A stretch of 64,000 bases of DNA from an uncultured Acidobacteriota bacterium (GCA_963805975.1 CAWDVR010000002.1:800001-864000), one strand, 5' to 3'. Counted from the first letter of the stretch, positions 1 to 10,109 are shown. Notes: generated from the sequence alone by a model not told the origin. Made by a program: numbers and translations.

Positions 1-953
1 TCGACCGTGATCGCCCGCGTGTCCCCGGCCGCTTCGTGGTCACCGGCTCGGCGAACCTCCTGCTCATGCAACGGATCTCCGAGACCCTGGCCGGCCGGGC
101 AACCTACGTCACCCTGTGGCCGCTCTCGCGGCGGGAAAAGCTGGGGTTGGGGCGGGCCGGTCTCTGGGACGAGCTCTTTTCGACGCCGCCCCGTCAGTGG
201 TACGACCTTCTTCGGCAGCAGCCGCCTCGGTCGGTAAGCTGGGAGGCCGAGGTCCGAGTCGGGGGCTACCCGACGCCCGCGGCGGAGCTCAGGTCAGACG
301 CAGATCGAGCGATCTGGTTCGATGGCTACTTGCGGACCTACCTCGAGCGCGACCTCCAAGACCTCGCCGCGATCGACAACCTGCTGGACTTCCGGCGCCT
401 GATGCGTGCGACTTGCCTGCGGCTCGGCAACCTCGTCAACCAGGCCGAGCTGGGGCGGGACACGGGCATTCCTCGTCCCACCGTTCATCGCTACCTGAAC
501 CTCCTCGAGACATCCTTTCAACTGGTGCGCTTGGAGCCCTATGCGGTCAACCGGACCAAGCGACTCATCAAGGCTCCCAAGCTCTACTGGAGCGACCCTG
601 GCCTGGCCCTCTACCTGAGCGGCCTCGAGCAGCCAACGGGTTTTCACCTGGAGAACCTCGTGCTCGTGGATCTCCTCGTCTGGCGCGATGCACAGGTGCC
701 GCGGCCGGAGGTTCTCTACTGGCGCACGGCCGCCGGGCTCGAGGTCGATTTCGTCATCGAGCACCGCCGCGGGCTTCTACCCATCGAGGTGAAGGCTACG
801 TCCCGACCGGGATCGAAAGATATCCGCGCGCTGCAAGCGTTTCGCGACGAGTACCCTGACCTCTTCCTCGGCGGCCTGCTGCTCCACGATGGCGAGGAGA
901 CGCAGTGGCTCTCGGACTCCATCCTCGCGGTCCCCTGGCATCGGGTCGTCTGA
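1..953 (+). CDS. AAA_14 + DUF4143 ATP-binding protein (5' truncated by window)
   Basis: Frame open from nt 3. Motifs FVVTGSAN, ETLAGR, GGYP, YLERDL, KRLIKAPKLYWSDPGL and C-terminal EVDFV..LLPIEVK nuclease-like motif. Confidence 0.85.
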   Translation, partial: DRDRPRVPGRFVVTGSANLLLMQRISETLAGRATYVTLWPLSRREKLGLGRAGLWDELFSTPPRQWYDLLRQQPPRSVSWEAEVRVGGYPTPAAELRSDADRAIWFDGYLRTYLERDLQDLAAIDNLLDFRRLMRATCLRLGNLVNQAELGRDTGIPRPTVHRYLNLLETSFQLVRLEPYAVNRTKRLIKAPKLYWSDPGLALYLSGLEQPTGFHLENLVLVDLLVWRDAQVPRPEVLYWRTAAGLEVDFVIEHRRGLLPIEVKATSRPGSKDIRALQAFRDEYPDLFLGGLLLHDGEETQWLSDSILAVPWHRVV

Positions 954-982
954 GGAAAAGTGGCCGGTAGGGGCCGCAGCCG

Positions 983-2008
983 CTATGCCGGCCGCACGGC
1001 ACCGGCGGCGATCGAGGCCACGACCTGGTCGGTGAACTCGGAGGTCGAGGCCGTGCCCCCCAGGTCGCGGGTATAGACCTGCCGCGTGACGATGGTGTCG
1101 TAGAGGCCGCCGCGCACGCGCTCCGCGATCTCGTTCAGGCCCAGGTGGCGGAGCATGAGGATCGCCGAGCGCACGAGGGCGAGCGGGTTCGCGAGATTCT
1201 TGCCGGCGATGTCGGGGGCGCTGCCATGGACGGCCTCGAACACGGCGACGGTGAGGCCGAGGTTGGCGCCCGGCACCACGCCGAGGCCGCCCACCAGCCC
1301 GGCCGCGAGGTCCGAGACGATGTCGCCATAGAGGTTCTCGAGCACCAGCACGTCGTACTCCTCGGGCCGCACCACGAGCTGCATGCAGAGGTTGTCGATG
1401 ATCTTGTCGTCGAAACGGATCTCCGGGTACTCCTTCGCAACTGTGCGGCAGCAGTCGAGAAAGAGCCCGTCCGACTTCTTCATGATGTTGGCCTTGTGCA
1501 CGGCCGTGACGCGCTGGCGGCCGTGGAGGCGCGCGTAGTCGAAGGCGAAGCGGGCGATGCGCGTGGAAGCCACGGCGGTGATGATCTTCAGGCTCTCGAC
1601 CACCCCCGGCACCACCTCGTGCTCGAGCCCGCGGTAGAGGCCCTCGGTGTTCTCGCGCACGATGATCAGGTCGACGCCGGGGAACTTGGTCGGCAGGCCG
1701 GGCAAGGTGCGCGCCGGCCGCAGGTTGGCGTAGAGGTCGAGCTCCTGGCGGAGCTGGACGTTGATCGAGGAGAAGCCCTTGCCCACCGGCGTCGTCACCG
1801 GGCCCTTGAGCGCCACCTTGTTGCGGCGGATGGACTCGAGCACCTCTGCCGGCAGCGGCACGCCGTGCTTCTCCACCGCCTCGGCGCCGGCCACGTGACG
1901 CTCCCATTCGAAGTCCGCGCCCGCGGCGGCGAGGATCTCGAGCGTCGCATCCGCCACCTCCGGGCCGATGCCGTCGCCGGCGAGAAGGGTGATGGTGGGC
2001 TTGCTCAT
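983..2008 (-). CDS. idh: Isocitrate dehydrogenase (NAD-dependent; isocitrate/isopropylmalate dehydrogenase family)
   Basis: MSKPTITLLAGDGIGPEV, IVRENTEGLY, VHKANIMKKSDGLF, NLYGDIVSDLAAGLVGGLG, FEAVHGSAPDIAGKNLANP. True start is the ATG at 2008 inside the long 983..3934 ORF. Confidence 0.9.
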   Translation of the reverse strand: MSKPTITLLAGDGIGPEVADATLEILAAAGADFEWERHVAGAEAVEKHGVPLPAEVLESIRRNKVALKGPVTTPVGKGFSSINVQLRQELDLYANLRPARTLPGLPTKFPGVDLIIVRENTEGLYRGLEHEVVPGVVESLKIITAVASTRIARFAFDYARLHGRQRVTAVHKANIMKKSDGLFLDCCRTVAKEYPEIRFDDKIIDNLCMQLVVRPEEYDVLVLENLYGDIVSDLAAGLVGGLGVVPGANLGLTVAVFEAVHGSAPDIAGKNLANPLALVRSAILMLRHLGLNEIAERVRGGLYDTIVTRQVYTRDLGGTASTSEFTDQVVASIAAGAVRPA

Positions 2009-2194
2009 GGCGGGCGGGAAGGTATCACAGCGGGAGCATTCCCAGCCCCGAGACGAGCGGCCGATTTCCACCGCCTGCATTCTCGCGCCTGAGACCCCAA
2101 ACCAACGAAAAGGCCCGCAAACACGAGGGTTTCCGCGTGGTCTCGCCCTTGCTCTCCACGACCGACAGACCATCGATCGAAAGGAGCCTCGGGT

Positions 2195-3961
2195 ATGGAG
2201 CAAGGGAAGAATAGAAAAGTATGCCCTCGCTGGCGGGCTGCCGCGCTCGCGGGAGTGCTGGCTGCCACGGGGACTACCGCCGCAGTCGCGGCCCCTCACC
2301 ATTCGACGTTCGTGGATCAGTCCGTGCTGTCGGTGATGGAGCCGGGCAAGGCCTACCGCGTGCGGGTGCGGCTCAAGAACACGGGGACGAACACCTGGAG
2401 CGCGGCGCAGAGCTACCGCCTCGGCTCGCAGAACCCGCAGGACAACATGACCTGGGGCCTCAACCGCGTCAACCTGCCGGCAGGGCTGAGCGTCCCGCCC
2501 AACGCCATCCACGAGTTCGTCTTCGACGTCCAGGCGCCCTCGGCCGCCGCCACCTACAACCAGCGCTGGCGGATGGTGCGCGAGGGGGTCGAGTGGTTCG
2601 GCGACTTCACGCCGAACGTGGCGGTGCGCGTCAACTCGAACCTGGGCTGGAAGGGCACGCACCTCTCTCGCATGTGCCGGGTGTGGGCGCTCGGCAACCT
2701 CGGCGCTCGCCAGACCGTGCCGGGCGTGAGCTATCTGGACCTCGCGGACCGCGTGGCGCAGGCTGGCTGCCGCCTGCTCAACTGGGGAGGCTCGGGCTGG
2801 GACAAGGCCACCGACGGGCACGCCTTCGCGGCGACCGATCCCTACTGGGACCGTGCCGAGGCGTTCATCCACCGCACCAAGACGGGCAACCCCGAGGCAC
2901 GCTTCATCTACACGCTGGCCGAGGTCATGCACCCGAGCAAGGTGGCAACGGTGCAGGAAGGGCTCCCGGTGTGGACGGACATCGCGCCCCTCGAGTGCCT
3001 GCGCGACTCCCCGGCCCTCAAGCGCTACATGTTCCGCTGGTTCTTCAAGGAAAACGACGACGTGGTGTGTACCCCTGCCGGCCAGCCGGTGCCGGCCGGG
3101 GGCTGCCGCTGCTCCACGCACCCGACCTGCCCGTCGAACCATTTCTGCCCTGCCACCACGACCAACCCGGAGTGGGTGAACCACATCCCAGACGTGCGGC
3201 AGGAAGCGACGAAGGTCTGGTGGGCGAAGCTCGCGAGCCACGCCTGCAGCAGCGGTTTCGAGGACATCAACTTCAGCCTGGCTTTCCGCTCGGCCAGCCT
3301 CGACTGGCCCGCCTATGGGAACCTCCAGGAGATCATGAACCGGGTGCGAGCGGTCGCCTGCGGTGCGGACACCAGCTTCGGGGTGGAGGACCTGCGTCGC
3401 GCGCCGGAGGGCGCGCCACCGCTGGCCAGCATCGGCGAGCGCTTCCTCAAGCGGATCGACAAGATCCAGAAGCTCTCGCCTGGCGAAACCTACAACAGCC
3501 GCGGCTGCTTCCAATTCGACAACGACCCCGGCCAGCCAGGGGACCTCTGCATCCCACGCGAGCGGTTCGAGACGCCGGGTTATCCCGCGAGCTACGGCTC
3601 GCCGTATGTGGAGCTCGACGGGGACTCTCGCTGGCGGTTCTTCACCGCGTCCTACGAGGCGCGCCGGCGGTTCCTGCTCCACAGCCTGCGCTCGGCGCGG
3701 GCGACCTACGGCAACGGCGTGCCGACCTTCTTCGAGGTGCCGATGGTCCTGCCGGTGCCGGCGGCGTCGTTCACCGAACAGTTGGGGCCCTTCGGCGATC
3801 CCATCGGTTGGAGCCTGACCTGGGACGACCTCGAGGACTCGGCCGGGCCGCTCCCGGTATGCTCGACACCCGCCTGGCCGGGCGGAGCGCCCTTCCCGGT
3901 TCACGGCGTCGCCGATCTCTGGTCGTGCGGCCACGGGGACCTGTTCCCCGCGAGCTGGTGA
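2195..3961 (+). CDS. Secreted protein with N-terminal NBR1-Ig-like domain and unknown Cys-rich C-terminal region
   Basis: SD AAAGGAG upstream; signal peptide; 'VRLKNTGTNTW...YRLGSQNPQDN..WG..RV...WRMVREGVEWFG' matches the NBR1-Ig-like pattern. Confidence 0.75.
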   Translation: MEQGKNRKVCPRWRAAALAGVLAATGTTAAVAAPHHSTFVDQSVLSVMEPGKAYRVRVRLKNTGTNTWSAAQSYRLGSQNPQDNMTWGLNRVNLPAGLSVPPNAIHEFVFDVQAPSAAATYNQRWRMVREGVEWFGDFTPNVAVRVNSNLGWKGTHLSRMCRVWALGNLGARQTVPGVSYLDLADRVAQAGCRLLNWGGSGWDKATDGHAFAATDPYWDRAEAFIHRTKTGNPEARFIYTLAEVMHPSKVATVQEGLPVWTDIAPLECLRDSPALKRYMFRWFFKENDDVVCTPAGQPVPAGGCRCSTHPTCPSNHFCPATTTNPEWVNHIPDVRQEATKVWWAKLASHACSSGFEDINFSLAFRSASLDWPAYGNLQEIMNRVRAVACGADTSFGVEDLRRAPEGAPPLASIGERFLKRIDKIQKLSPGETYNSRGCFQFDNDPGQPGDLCIPRERFETPGYPASYGSPYVELDGDSRWRFFTASYEARRRFLLHSLRSARATYGNGVPTFFEVPMVLPVPAASFTEQLGPFGDPIGWSLTWDDLEDSAGPLPVCSTPAWPGGAPFPVHGVADLWSCGHGDLFPASW

Positions 3962-4049
3962 TCTTCCGCTGAATAGAAGAAGCTCGACGGCAGCCGGACG
4001 GTGCCACCAGGCCCGCCCGGCTGCTTCGGCTCCCCGCCCCTCTCCCCGC

Positions 4050-7000
4050 CTAGCGGCCCAGCTCTTCGAGCCGGGCCACCACGTCGCGATAGTTGGTGTT
4101 GACGCCGTAGATGTCGACGAAGGTCTTGTAGGCGCTGTCGCGCTCGCCGGTCAGCAGGTAGGCGCTGCCGAGCTCGTAGAGCAGGCCGAGCGACTCGTTC
4201 TCGGAGAGCGCGGGGTTGTCGAGACCGCGCTTGTACCACTTGACGGCGAGCTCCGGCAGGCCCTTGTCGATGAAGCACATGCCGAGCATGGAGCAGCAGT
4301 CCACCAGCCGGTCGGGATGCTTGGCGGAGAGCTGGAACTCGCCGATCGCCTCGTCGAGCAGACCCATCTCGCGGTAGGCGATGCCGAGGTTGAAGTGGGT
4401 CTCGTAGTCCTCGGGGGAGAGGTGCTCGGCCACGCCGCGCTTGAAGCCTTCGACGATCTCCTCGAGCGACTGCTCGTGCGGTTGGGCGAAGAGGCTCTCG
4501 CCGTGGATCGCCTCCTCCTTCCGGAGCTCTTCTTCGAGCTCGGCCGCGAGGTTGAAGAAGCCCTCCTCGGCCTCGAAGATCTTCTGGTCGGCCGCCGGGC
4601 CGGCGGCGGCCTGCGCCGAGGCCTCGTCGAGCCAGGACAGGTCGGCCTCGTCGAGCGCCGGCGCCACGGGCTCGGCGGCGAAGATCTCGATCCCGTCGAG
4701 GTCGTCGGCGGTGGCGGCGAAATCCTCGGGCAGCTCGGGTGGGGCCGGCGGAGCCTCCGCCGCGGGCTCGGGCGCCAGAGACGGCGGTGCGAAGAGCGGC
4801 GCAGGCGCGGGCGGTGGGACTGGAGCCGGCGTCCCGGGAGCGGGCGCTCCCGAAGCCAGGCCCTCGGCCTCGATGTCGGCGCCGATGCTCTTGAGGTCGA
4901 AGAGGTCGCCAGCCTCTGCGGCGGCCACCGGAGCCGGCGGCGGGGGCGGCGCCGAGACCGGCTTCGCCGGGCGGGCGGCAGCAGGCCGGCCCCGGACGCT
5001 GCCGGCGATCTGGGCCAGGGTGGCGTCCAGGTCCTGGATCGGCGCCTTCTTCTTGGGTGCCGGGGCCGACGCCGGGGCTTCGACCGGCAGCGGCGGCGCC
5101 GGAGCCGCCACCTCGGCAGCCGGAGGCGCGGGGGGCTCCGAAGCCTTCTCGAAAGGAACCTCTTCGAACAGCTCCAGCGGCGGGAGCTGCTCTTCGGCCT
5201 CGGCCGCGAACGGGGGCAGCGATCCCTCGAAAGAGCTCCACGGCTCGCCGGCGAGCGCCGGGGCGTCGAACCCGTCGAAGCTGAGGTCGATCTCCGCCGG
5301 CTCCGGCTCGAGGGCAGGAAGCGGCGCGTGCTCGACGGCCGCCGGGGCCTCGTCGTGCGGCTCGGGCAGCGCCGCCGCTTCCACCACCAGGGGCTCTTCC
5401 GATACCGGGGGTTCTGCCGGCCGAGGTCTGACCTCGGGCTCGGCCACGGCGGCGCCCGGTGCGGCGGTCACGCGGCGCTCGCCCTCGATACGGAAGCCGG
5501 CCGCGAGCAGGCGCTCGCGGACTTCCTGCCACGGCTCCGGATTGCCCATCTCGGCCGCGATGGCGCCCATCTCGTTGGCGAGCATCACCACCCGCTCGTG
5601 GCGGCCCATCTCGAGATAGAGGCCGATCTGTACCGCGTAGGCCCCCAAGTGGTTGGGGTTGATCCGGAACACCTCTTCGAGGCGCTCCAGGGCCTTGTCC
5701 CGCATGCCGTACTTGGCGAGCACCTCGGCCTCGGTCAGGAGGTCGTCCTCGTGCGCGTGACGCCGCGGCTCGAGCTCGGCCGCCGTCCGTTCGAGGAGGT
5801 CGATGTCGAGATCGGGCACGGCCTCCGCACGGTCGCGCTCGTCGGCGAAGTCGAACTCGGGCTGCACTTCCCACGGCTGAGGCTCGACCGCGGGCGCCTC
5901 GCTGGCCGGCGCTTCGATGACCACGGCCGGCGGCGGCGGGGCCGCTGTCCGGCCGGCGGCCGAAGGTTCGAAGGGCGGCACCTCTGCCGGCGGCCGGGGC
6001 GGCTTCTCGAGCATGTCCGGCGGCGGTGCGACCTGGCTCGCCGGTGTCGCGTCGTCGTCGAGGTCGAAAACGAAGACCTCGTCGAGGTCGAGGTCGAACT
6101 CCACCGGAGGCGGCGCTCGCACCGGTTCCGGCGGAGCGGCACCGGCCGCGGTGTCCTCCTCGAGCAGCATCTCGACCGGGCTGTCCTCCGGAGGCCGCTC
6201 TTGCCGGGGGTGGGGCTGGGATTCCTCGGCCAGCCGGCCGCCGTGATCGTCGACAAAAGCCGGCGGCTCGGGCCGCGGTGGAGGCGCCGGTCGGGAGACG
6301 GCGGCGGGCGGTGGCGGAGCCGGCTCGACCTTGGACCGCGGGTGGACGAGGGGCAGCTCTCGCGCCACCGGCTTCTCCGGCACCGGCGGAGCGCTCGGCG
6401 CCAGACCGTGGCCGAGGTCGCCAAGGCGCTGCTCGATCCCCGGGTTGCGCTTGGTCACGGCGGCAAGCAGCCGCGCCGCCGCGCCGTCCTGCCCGGCCGC
6501 GCGCAGGCTCTGGATCGCATCCCGCAGCAGCTCGTGGTTCTCGGGGTCGATGTCGAGAGCCTTTTCCCAAACCCGGGTGGCACCCTCCCACTGGCCGCTC
6601 GCGACGAGCTGCCCGGCGATGGTGCGGTACTCGCCGATCGCCTCGGCGATCGCCCCCTGCTGCTCCAGGAGGTCGGCCAGCCTGGCGCGGTGCGAGGGGT
6701 TCCCCGGCTCGAGCTGCACCATCCGCCGGCAGATGGCGGTCGCCGCCGGGGCGTCGTTGTGCTTCTGGAAGTAGTCGGCCAGCACCTGGTACTGGGTGCG
6801 CGCCTCGTTGACCAGGCCCTGGCGGTGGTAGAGCTCGGCCAGGCGCTCGTAGATGTCGAGCCGCGTGGGGTCGAGCTTGATGATCTTCTTGTAGATGGCG
6901 ATCGCTTTGACGAAGAAGCCGTCGTCCGTGTAGTGCTCGGCGATGCGGACGAAGAGCGTGATCGCCTCGCCGTGGCGCTCCAGGCGGGCGTAGAGGTCGC

Positions 7001-7136
7001 CCACGCGGTTGAGCGTGTTGGTGTCGCGCGGGTTGTCCGCCAGCACCTTGCGGTACTCGCGGATCGCCGCCTCCACCTTGCCGCGGGCGACGAGGCGCTC
7101 GGCCTGCTGGATGACCTTCTCGCGGGTGGCGGCCAA
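4050..7136 (-). CDS. Large tetratricopeptide repeat protein with Pro/Glu-rich linkers (SgmX-like architecture)
   Basis: N-terminal TPRs (NTLNRVGDLYARL, FVKAIAIYKKIIKLDP), central TPR, C-terminal TPRs (DYETHFNLGIAYREMGLLDEAIGEFQ). TTG start. Confidence 0.8.
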   Translation of the reverse strand: MAATREKVIQQAERLVARGKVEAAIREYRKVLADNPRDTNTLNRVGDLYARLERHGEAITLFVRIAEHYTDDGFFVKAIAIYKKIIKLDPTRLDIYERLAELYHRQGLVNEARTQYQVLADYFQKHNDAPAATAICRRMVQLEPGNPSHRARLADLLEQQGAIAEAIGEYRTIAGQLVASGQWEGATRVWEKALDIDPENHELLRDAIQSLRAAGQDGAAARLLAAVTKRNPGIEQRLGDLGHGLAPSAPPVPEKPVARELPLVHPRSKVEPAPPPPAAVSRPAPPPRPEPPAFVDDHGGRLAEESQPHPRQERPPEDSPVEMLLEEDTAAGAAPPEPVRAPPPVEFDLDLDEVFVFDLDDDATPASQVAPPPDMLEKPPRPPAEVPPFEPSAAGRTAAPPPPAVVIEAPASEAPAVEPQPWEVQPEFDFADERDRAEAVPDLDIDLLERTAAELEPRRHAHEDDLLTEAEVLAKYGMRDKALERLEEVFRINPNHLGAYAVQIGLYLEMGRHERVVMLANEMGAIAAEMGNPEPWQEVRERLLAAGFRIEGERRVTAAPGAAVAEPEVRPRPAEPPVSEEPLVVEAAALPEPHDEAPAAVEHAPLPALEPEPAEIDLSFDGFDAPALAGEPWSSFEGSLPPFAAEAEEQLPPLELFEEVPFEKASEPPAPPAAEVAAPAPPLPVEAPASAPAPKKKAPIQDLDATLAQIAGSVRGRPAAARPAKPVSAPPPPPAPVAAAEAGDLFDLKSIGADIEAEGLASGAPAPGTPAPVPPPAPAPLFAPPSLAPEPAAEAPPAPPELPEDFAATADDLDGIEIFAAEPVAPALDEADLSWLDEASAQAAAGPAADQKIFEAEEGFFNLAAELEEELRKEEAIHGESLFAQPHEQSLEEIVEGFKRGVAEHLSPEDYETHFNLGIAYREMGLLDEAIGEFQLSAKHPDRLVDCCSMLGMCFIDKGLPELAVKWYKRGLDNPALSENESLGLLYELGSAYLLTGERDSAYKTFVDIYGVNTNYRDVVARLEELGR

Positions 7137-7147
7137 TGTGCGGGCCC

Positions 7148-7792
7148 TCAGCAGACCGCGGCGCGCGGCAGAACCGAGCGGAAGGTGAGGCGGTGGAGCG
7201 GGCAGGGGCCGTGGGTGACGAGCGCCGACAGGTGCTCGGGCGCGCCGTAGCCCTTGTGCGACGCGAAACCGTAGTGCGGGAAGTCGCGGCCGAAGCCGAC
7301 CATCAGCCGGTCGCGCGCCACCTTGGCGACGATCGAGGCCGAGGCCACGGCGTAGGAGACGGCGTCGCCGCGGATCAAGGGCAGGTAGGGAACGCCGAGA
7401 CCGGGCAGCGGGACGGCGTCGATCACCACGCAGTCCGGCGCCGGATCGAGGCCGGCGAGGGCCCGGCGCATGGCCAGGCGGGTCGCTTCGAGGATGTTGA
7501 CGCGATCGATGTCACCCGCGTCGACGGCGGCCACCGAGACCGCCAGCGCGCTCGCCCGGATCTGGTAGGCCAGGCGTTCGCGCTCCGCGGGATCGAGGTT
7601 CTTGCTGTCGTCGACGCCGGGCACCAGGCGCTCCGGGTCCGGGATCACGGCTGCCGCCACCACCGGGCCGGCCAGCGCCCCTCGCCCGACCTCGTCCACT
7701 CCGGCGATGCGCAGATAGCCGCACTGCTGGAGCAGGCCTTCGAGGCCTCGCATCAGGCGCAGTCGGTAGGCTTCGGCGAACAGCTCCAGCAC
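7148..7792 (-). CDS. rnhB: Ribonuclease HII
   Basis: IAGVDEVGRGALAGPVVAAAV, DDSK, ASASIVAKVARD, HKGYG; follows rplS. Confidence 0.95.
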   Translation of the reverse strand: MLELFAEAYRLRLMRGLEGLLQQCGYLRIAGVDEVGRGALAGPVVAAAVIPDPERLVPGVDDSKNLDPAERERLAYQIRASALAVSVAAVDAGDIDRVNILEATRLAMRRALAGLDPAPDCVVIDAVPLPGLGVPYLPLIRGDAVSYAVASASIVAKVARDRLMVGFGRDFPHYGFASHKGYGAPEHLSALVTHGPCPLHRLTFRSVLPRAAVC

Positions 7793-7903
7793 GGTACTGA
7801 CGTGCTCCTCGGTTGCTCTACGGTCCCTCGTTCGCCTCGGATCGGCCGGCGCAGAGCTTTCTGCAACCGGCGGGTCTGGTTGCGCACTGTGCCCGGGCGG
7901 TCC

Positions 7904-8281
7904 TCAGCCGCCGCCCGCCGCGCTCTCGCTGGGGCGCTCGTCGCGCCGCTCTTCGATGCGGGCTGCACGGCCCCGCAGATCGCGCAGGTAGTAGAGCTTG
8001 GCGCGCCGCACCTTGCCGCGGCGGACGAGCTCGATCTTGTCGAGCACCGGCGAGTGCAGAGGAAAGATCCGCTCGACGCCGACGCCGCCCGAGATCTTGC
8101 GCACGGTGAAGGTCTCGCGGACGCCGCCGCCCCGGCGGGCGATGATCACGCCCTGGAAGATCTGGATCCGCTCTTTACTACCTTCGACTACCCGCACGTG
8201 TACCTTGACGGTATCGCCGGGACGAAACTCTGGGATGCCGCCGCGCAGATACGCGGCCTCGACCTGCTGCAACTGGTTCAT
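7904..8281 (-). CDS. rplS: 50S ribosomal protein L19
   Basis: [60 protein letters not shown]. Confidence 0.98.
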   Translation of the reverse strand: MNQLQQVEAAYLRGGIPEFRPGDTVKVHVRVVEGSKERIQIFQGVIIARRGGGVRETFTVRKISGGVGVERIFPLHSPVLDKIELVRRGKVRRAKLYYLRDLRGRAARIEERRDERPSESAAGGG

Positions 8282-8329
8282 CGTGACCTTCCCTTGAAAG
8301 AAAGAAACCCGAAAAGGAGACGCTCCGCA

Positions 8330-9079
8330 TCATTCCGCATCCGAGCCGGGGATTGCAAGTGTCGTCCGTGATTCACTTTGCGGCCGGTCGGCAGGGGCGA
8401 GGCGGGCCGGCGCCAGGAGGTCCGGGCGCTTGCGGCGCGTCGCCTCCAGGGCCTTCTCCCGCCGCCAGCGCTCGATGGCCGCGTGGTCGCCCGAGAGCAG
8501 CACCGCCGGCACCGGAAGACCCTCGACCTGCGGTGGCCGGGTGTAGTGGGGATGGTCCAGCAGGCCGCCGCGGAAGCTGTCGCGCTCGACCGAGCCGGCG
8601 AGCCCCACCACCCCGGGCACCTGGCGCGACACCGCCTCGATCAGCACCATGGCCGGCAGCTCCCCTCCCGACAGCACGTAGTCGCCAATCGAAACCTCCT
8701 CGTCCACCACCGTCTCGAGCACCCGCTCGTCCAGCCCTTCGTACCTGCCGCAGAGCAGCAGGAGCTCGCCCCTACCGCCCAGCTCGCGCACCTTGGCCTC
8801 GTCCAGCCGCCCCCCCTGGGGCGAGAGCAGAACCCGCCACGGCGCGCTCTCGCCACCCACCTCCCGCACCGCCCTGATCCACGGCGGCGCCGTCATCACC
8901 ATGCCGCCACCGCCGCCGTAGGGCTCGTCGTCGACGCTCCTGTGGCGGTCCTCGGTGAAGCCCCGCAAATCGTGGACCGCCACCTCGAGCAGGCCCTTCT
9001 CGATCGCCCGCCCCACCAGGCTGGTCCCGAGGAAGGTCGAGAACAGCTCGGGGAAGATGGTTATGACCTGGATGCGCAT
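8330..9079 (-). CDS. trmD: tRNA (guanine-N1)-methyltransferase
   Basis: VDDEPYGGGGGMV, LCGRYEGLDER, SIGDYVLSGGELPA, PHYTRP, LLSGDH. Confidence 0.97.
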   Translation of the reverse strand: MRIQVITIFPELFSTFLGTSLVGRAIEKGLLEVAVHDLRGFTEDRHRSVDDEPYGGGGGMVMTAPPWIRAVREVGGESAPWRVLLSPQGGRLDEAKVRELGGRGELLLLCGRYEGLDERVLETVVDEEVSIGDYVLSGGELPAMVLIEAVSRQVPGVVGLAGSVERDSFRGGLLDHPHYTRPPQVEGLPVPAVLLSGDHAAIERWRREKALEATRRKRPDLLAPARLAPADRPQSESRTTLAIPGSDAE

Positions 9080-9618
9080 GCTTCGACGAGGCCGGGAGGC
9101 AGATCGAGCTCGATCGACCTCGCCTCGACATCGATCGAGCGGATGAAGCGCTCGACGAACGGCACCAGCACTTCACCCGCCGGCCCCGAGACCACCAGCA
9201 TCTGCCCGCCGCCCTCCTCCACCAAGTCCGTCACCTCGCCCAGCACGCCGGCCTCACGGTCGTGGCAGCGGCAGCCGACGAGCTGGAACTGGTAGAAGGC
9301 GCCCGCAGGGGGCGGCGGCACCTCGTGCGGCTCGACCTCCAGGGTCGAGCCCCGCAGCGCCTCGGCCGCGTTGCGGTCCGCGACGCCCTCGAAGGTGACG
9401 AGGGAGAAGCCCTTGTGCGGCCGGGCCGCCGCCACCGTGAGAGCGCGCCGGCCACCGCGCCGGTCCACTGCCGTGAACTCGCGGCCCTCCGCCAACCGCC
9501 CGGGCACATCGGACAGCAGCTCCACCGCCACCTCGCCGCGAATGCCATGGGCGTGGTGGACGACGCCGACCACCACGGTCTCGGCCGGCTGGCTAGTCGT
9601 CGAGGATCTCGAGACCAT
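9061..9618 (-). CDS. rimM: 16S rRNA processing protein RimM
   Basis: VGVVHHAHGIRGEV, DRNAAEALRG, VLVPFV; position between khpA and trmD. Start codon uncertain. Confidence 0.9.
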   Translation of the reverse strand: MVSRSSTTSQPAETVVVGVVHHAHGIRGEVAVELLSDVPGRLAEGREFTAVDRRGGRRALTVAAARPHKGFSLVTFEGVADRNAAEALRGSTLEVEPHEVPPPPAGAFYQFQLVGCRCHDREAGVLGEVTDLVEEGGGQMLVVSGPAGEVLVPFVERFIRSIDVEARSIELDLPPGLVEACASRS

Positions 9619-9856
9619 ACTGCGCGCTCTCGGCGTCCCCACGGCAATCGAGCAGCGTGCGCAGCGCGCGGGCCGTCCGGCCGCGGCGGCCGATCACCTG
9701 GCCCATGTCCTCGGGGGCCGCCGTCACCTCGAAGACTGTGGCGCGGCGCATCGGCACCGCCACCACCGACAGCTCCTGCGGCTGGTCGACGATCTGCCTC
9801 AGCAGGCTTTCGAGGTCCGCGCGGACCGCTTCGGGGTCGGATCTGGGCTCGGACAT
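9593..9856 (-). CDS. khpA: KH-domain RNA-binding protein
   Basis: EDMGQVIGRRGRTARALRTLL; conserved position after rpsP. Confidence 0.9.
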   Translation of the reverse strand: MSEPRSDPEAVRADLESLLRQIVDQPQELSVVAVPMRRATVFEVTAAPEDMGQVIGRRGRTARALRTLLDCRGDAESAQYGLEILDD

Positions 9857-9878
9857 GGGAGTGGATCAGGAGCCCGGC

Positions 9879-10109
9879 TCAGGCGCGGCCAGCGAGGCTC
9901 TTGACCGTCTCGGAGACCTGGGCGCCCTTGCTCACCCAGTAGTCGTAGCGCTCGCGGTCGAGCTTGACCTCGGCCGGCTTGCGCTCGGGATCGTAGTGGC
10001 CGATCTGCTCGACGGCCGCGGCCCTGGGGGTGCGGCGGCTGTCAGAGACCACCACCCGGTAGAAGGCGCGGTTGGTGGTGCCGGTGCGCCGCAGTCGAAT
10101 CGTCAACAT
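9879..10109 (-). CDS. rpsP: 30S ribosomal protein S16
   Basis: MLTIRLRRTG...FYRVVVSDSR...EQIGHYDP...YWVSKGAQVSETV. Confidence 0.97.
   Translation of the reverse strand: MLTIRLRRTGTTNRAFYRVVVSDSRRTPRAAAVEQIGHYDPERKPAEVKLDRERYDYWVSKGAQVSETVKSLAGRA

Noticed and set aside
2090-2145. Possible c-di-GMP-I riboswitch (AAACC..GAAA..CGCAAA)
   Set aside because: It lacks the GGCAAAC start and a properly paired GNRA stem; resemblance is superficial. An Infernal search would settle it.
2009-3934. 983-aa ORF suggesting a long N-terminal extension on isocitrate dehydrogenase
   Set aside because: The extension is the antisense shadow of the 2195..3961 gene; IDH similarity begins at ATG 2008.
4317-7250. 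Long antisense and alternative-frame ORFs (also 10853..13999, 26544..30029, 30782..33616, most of 48136..51879)
   Set aside because: GC-rich shadow frames of well-supported genes, with Arg/Gly/Ala/Pro-biased composition and no motifs.
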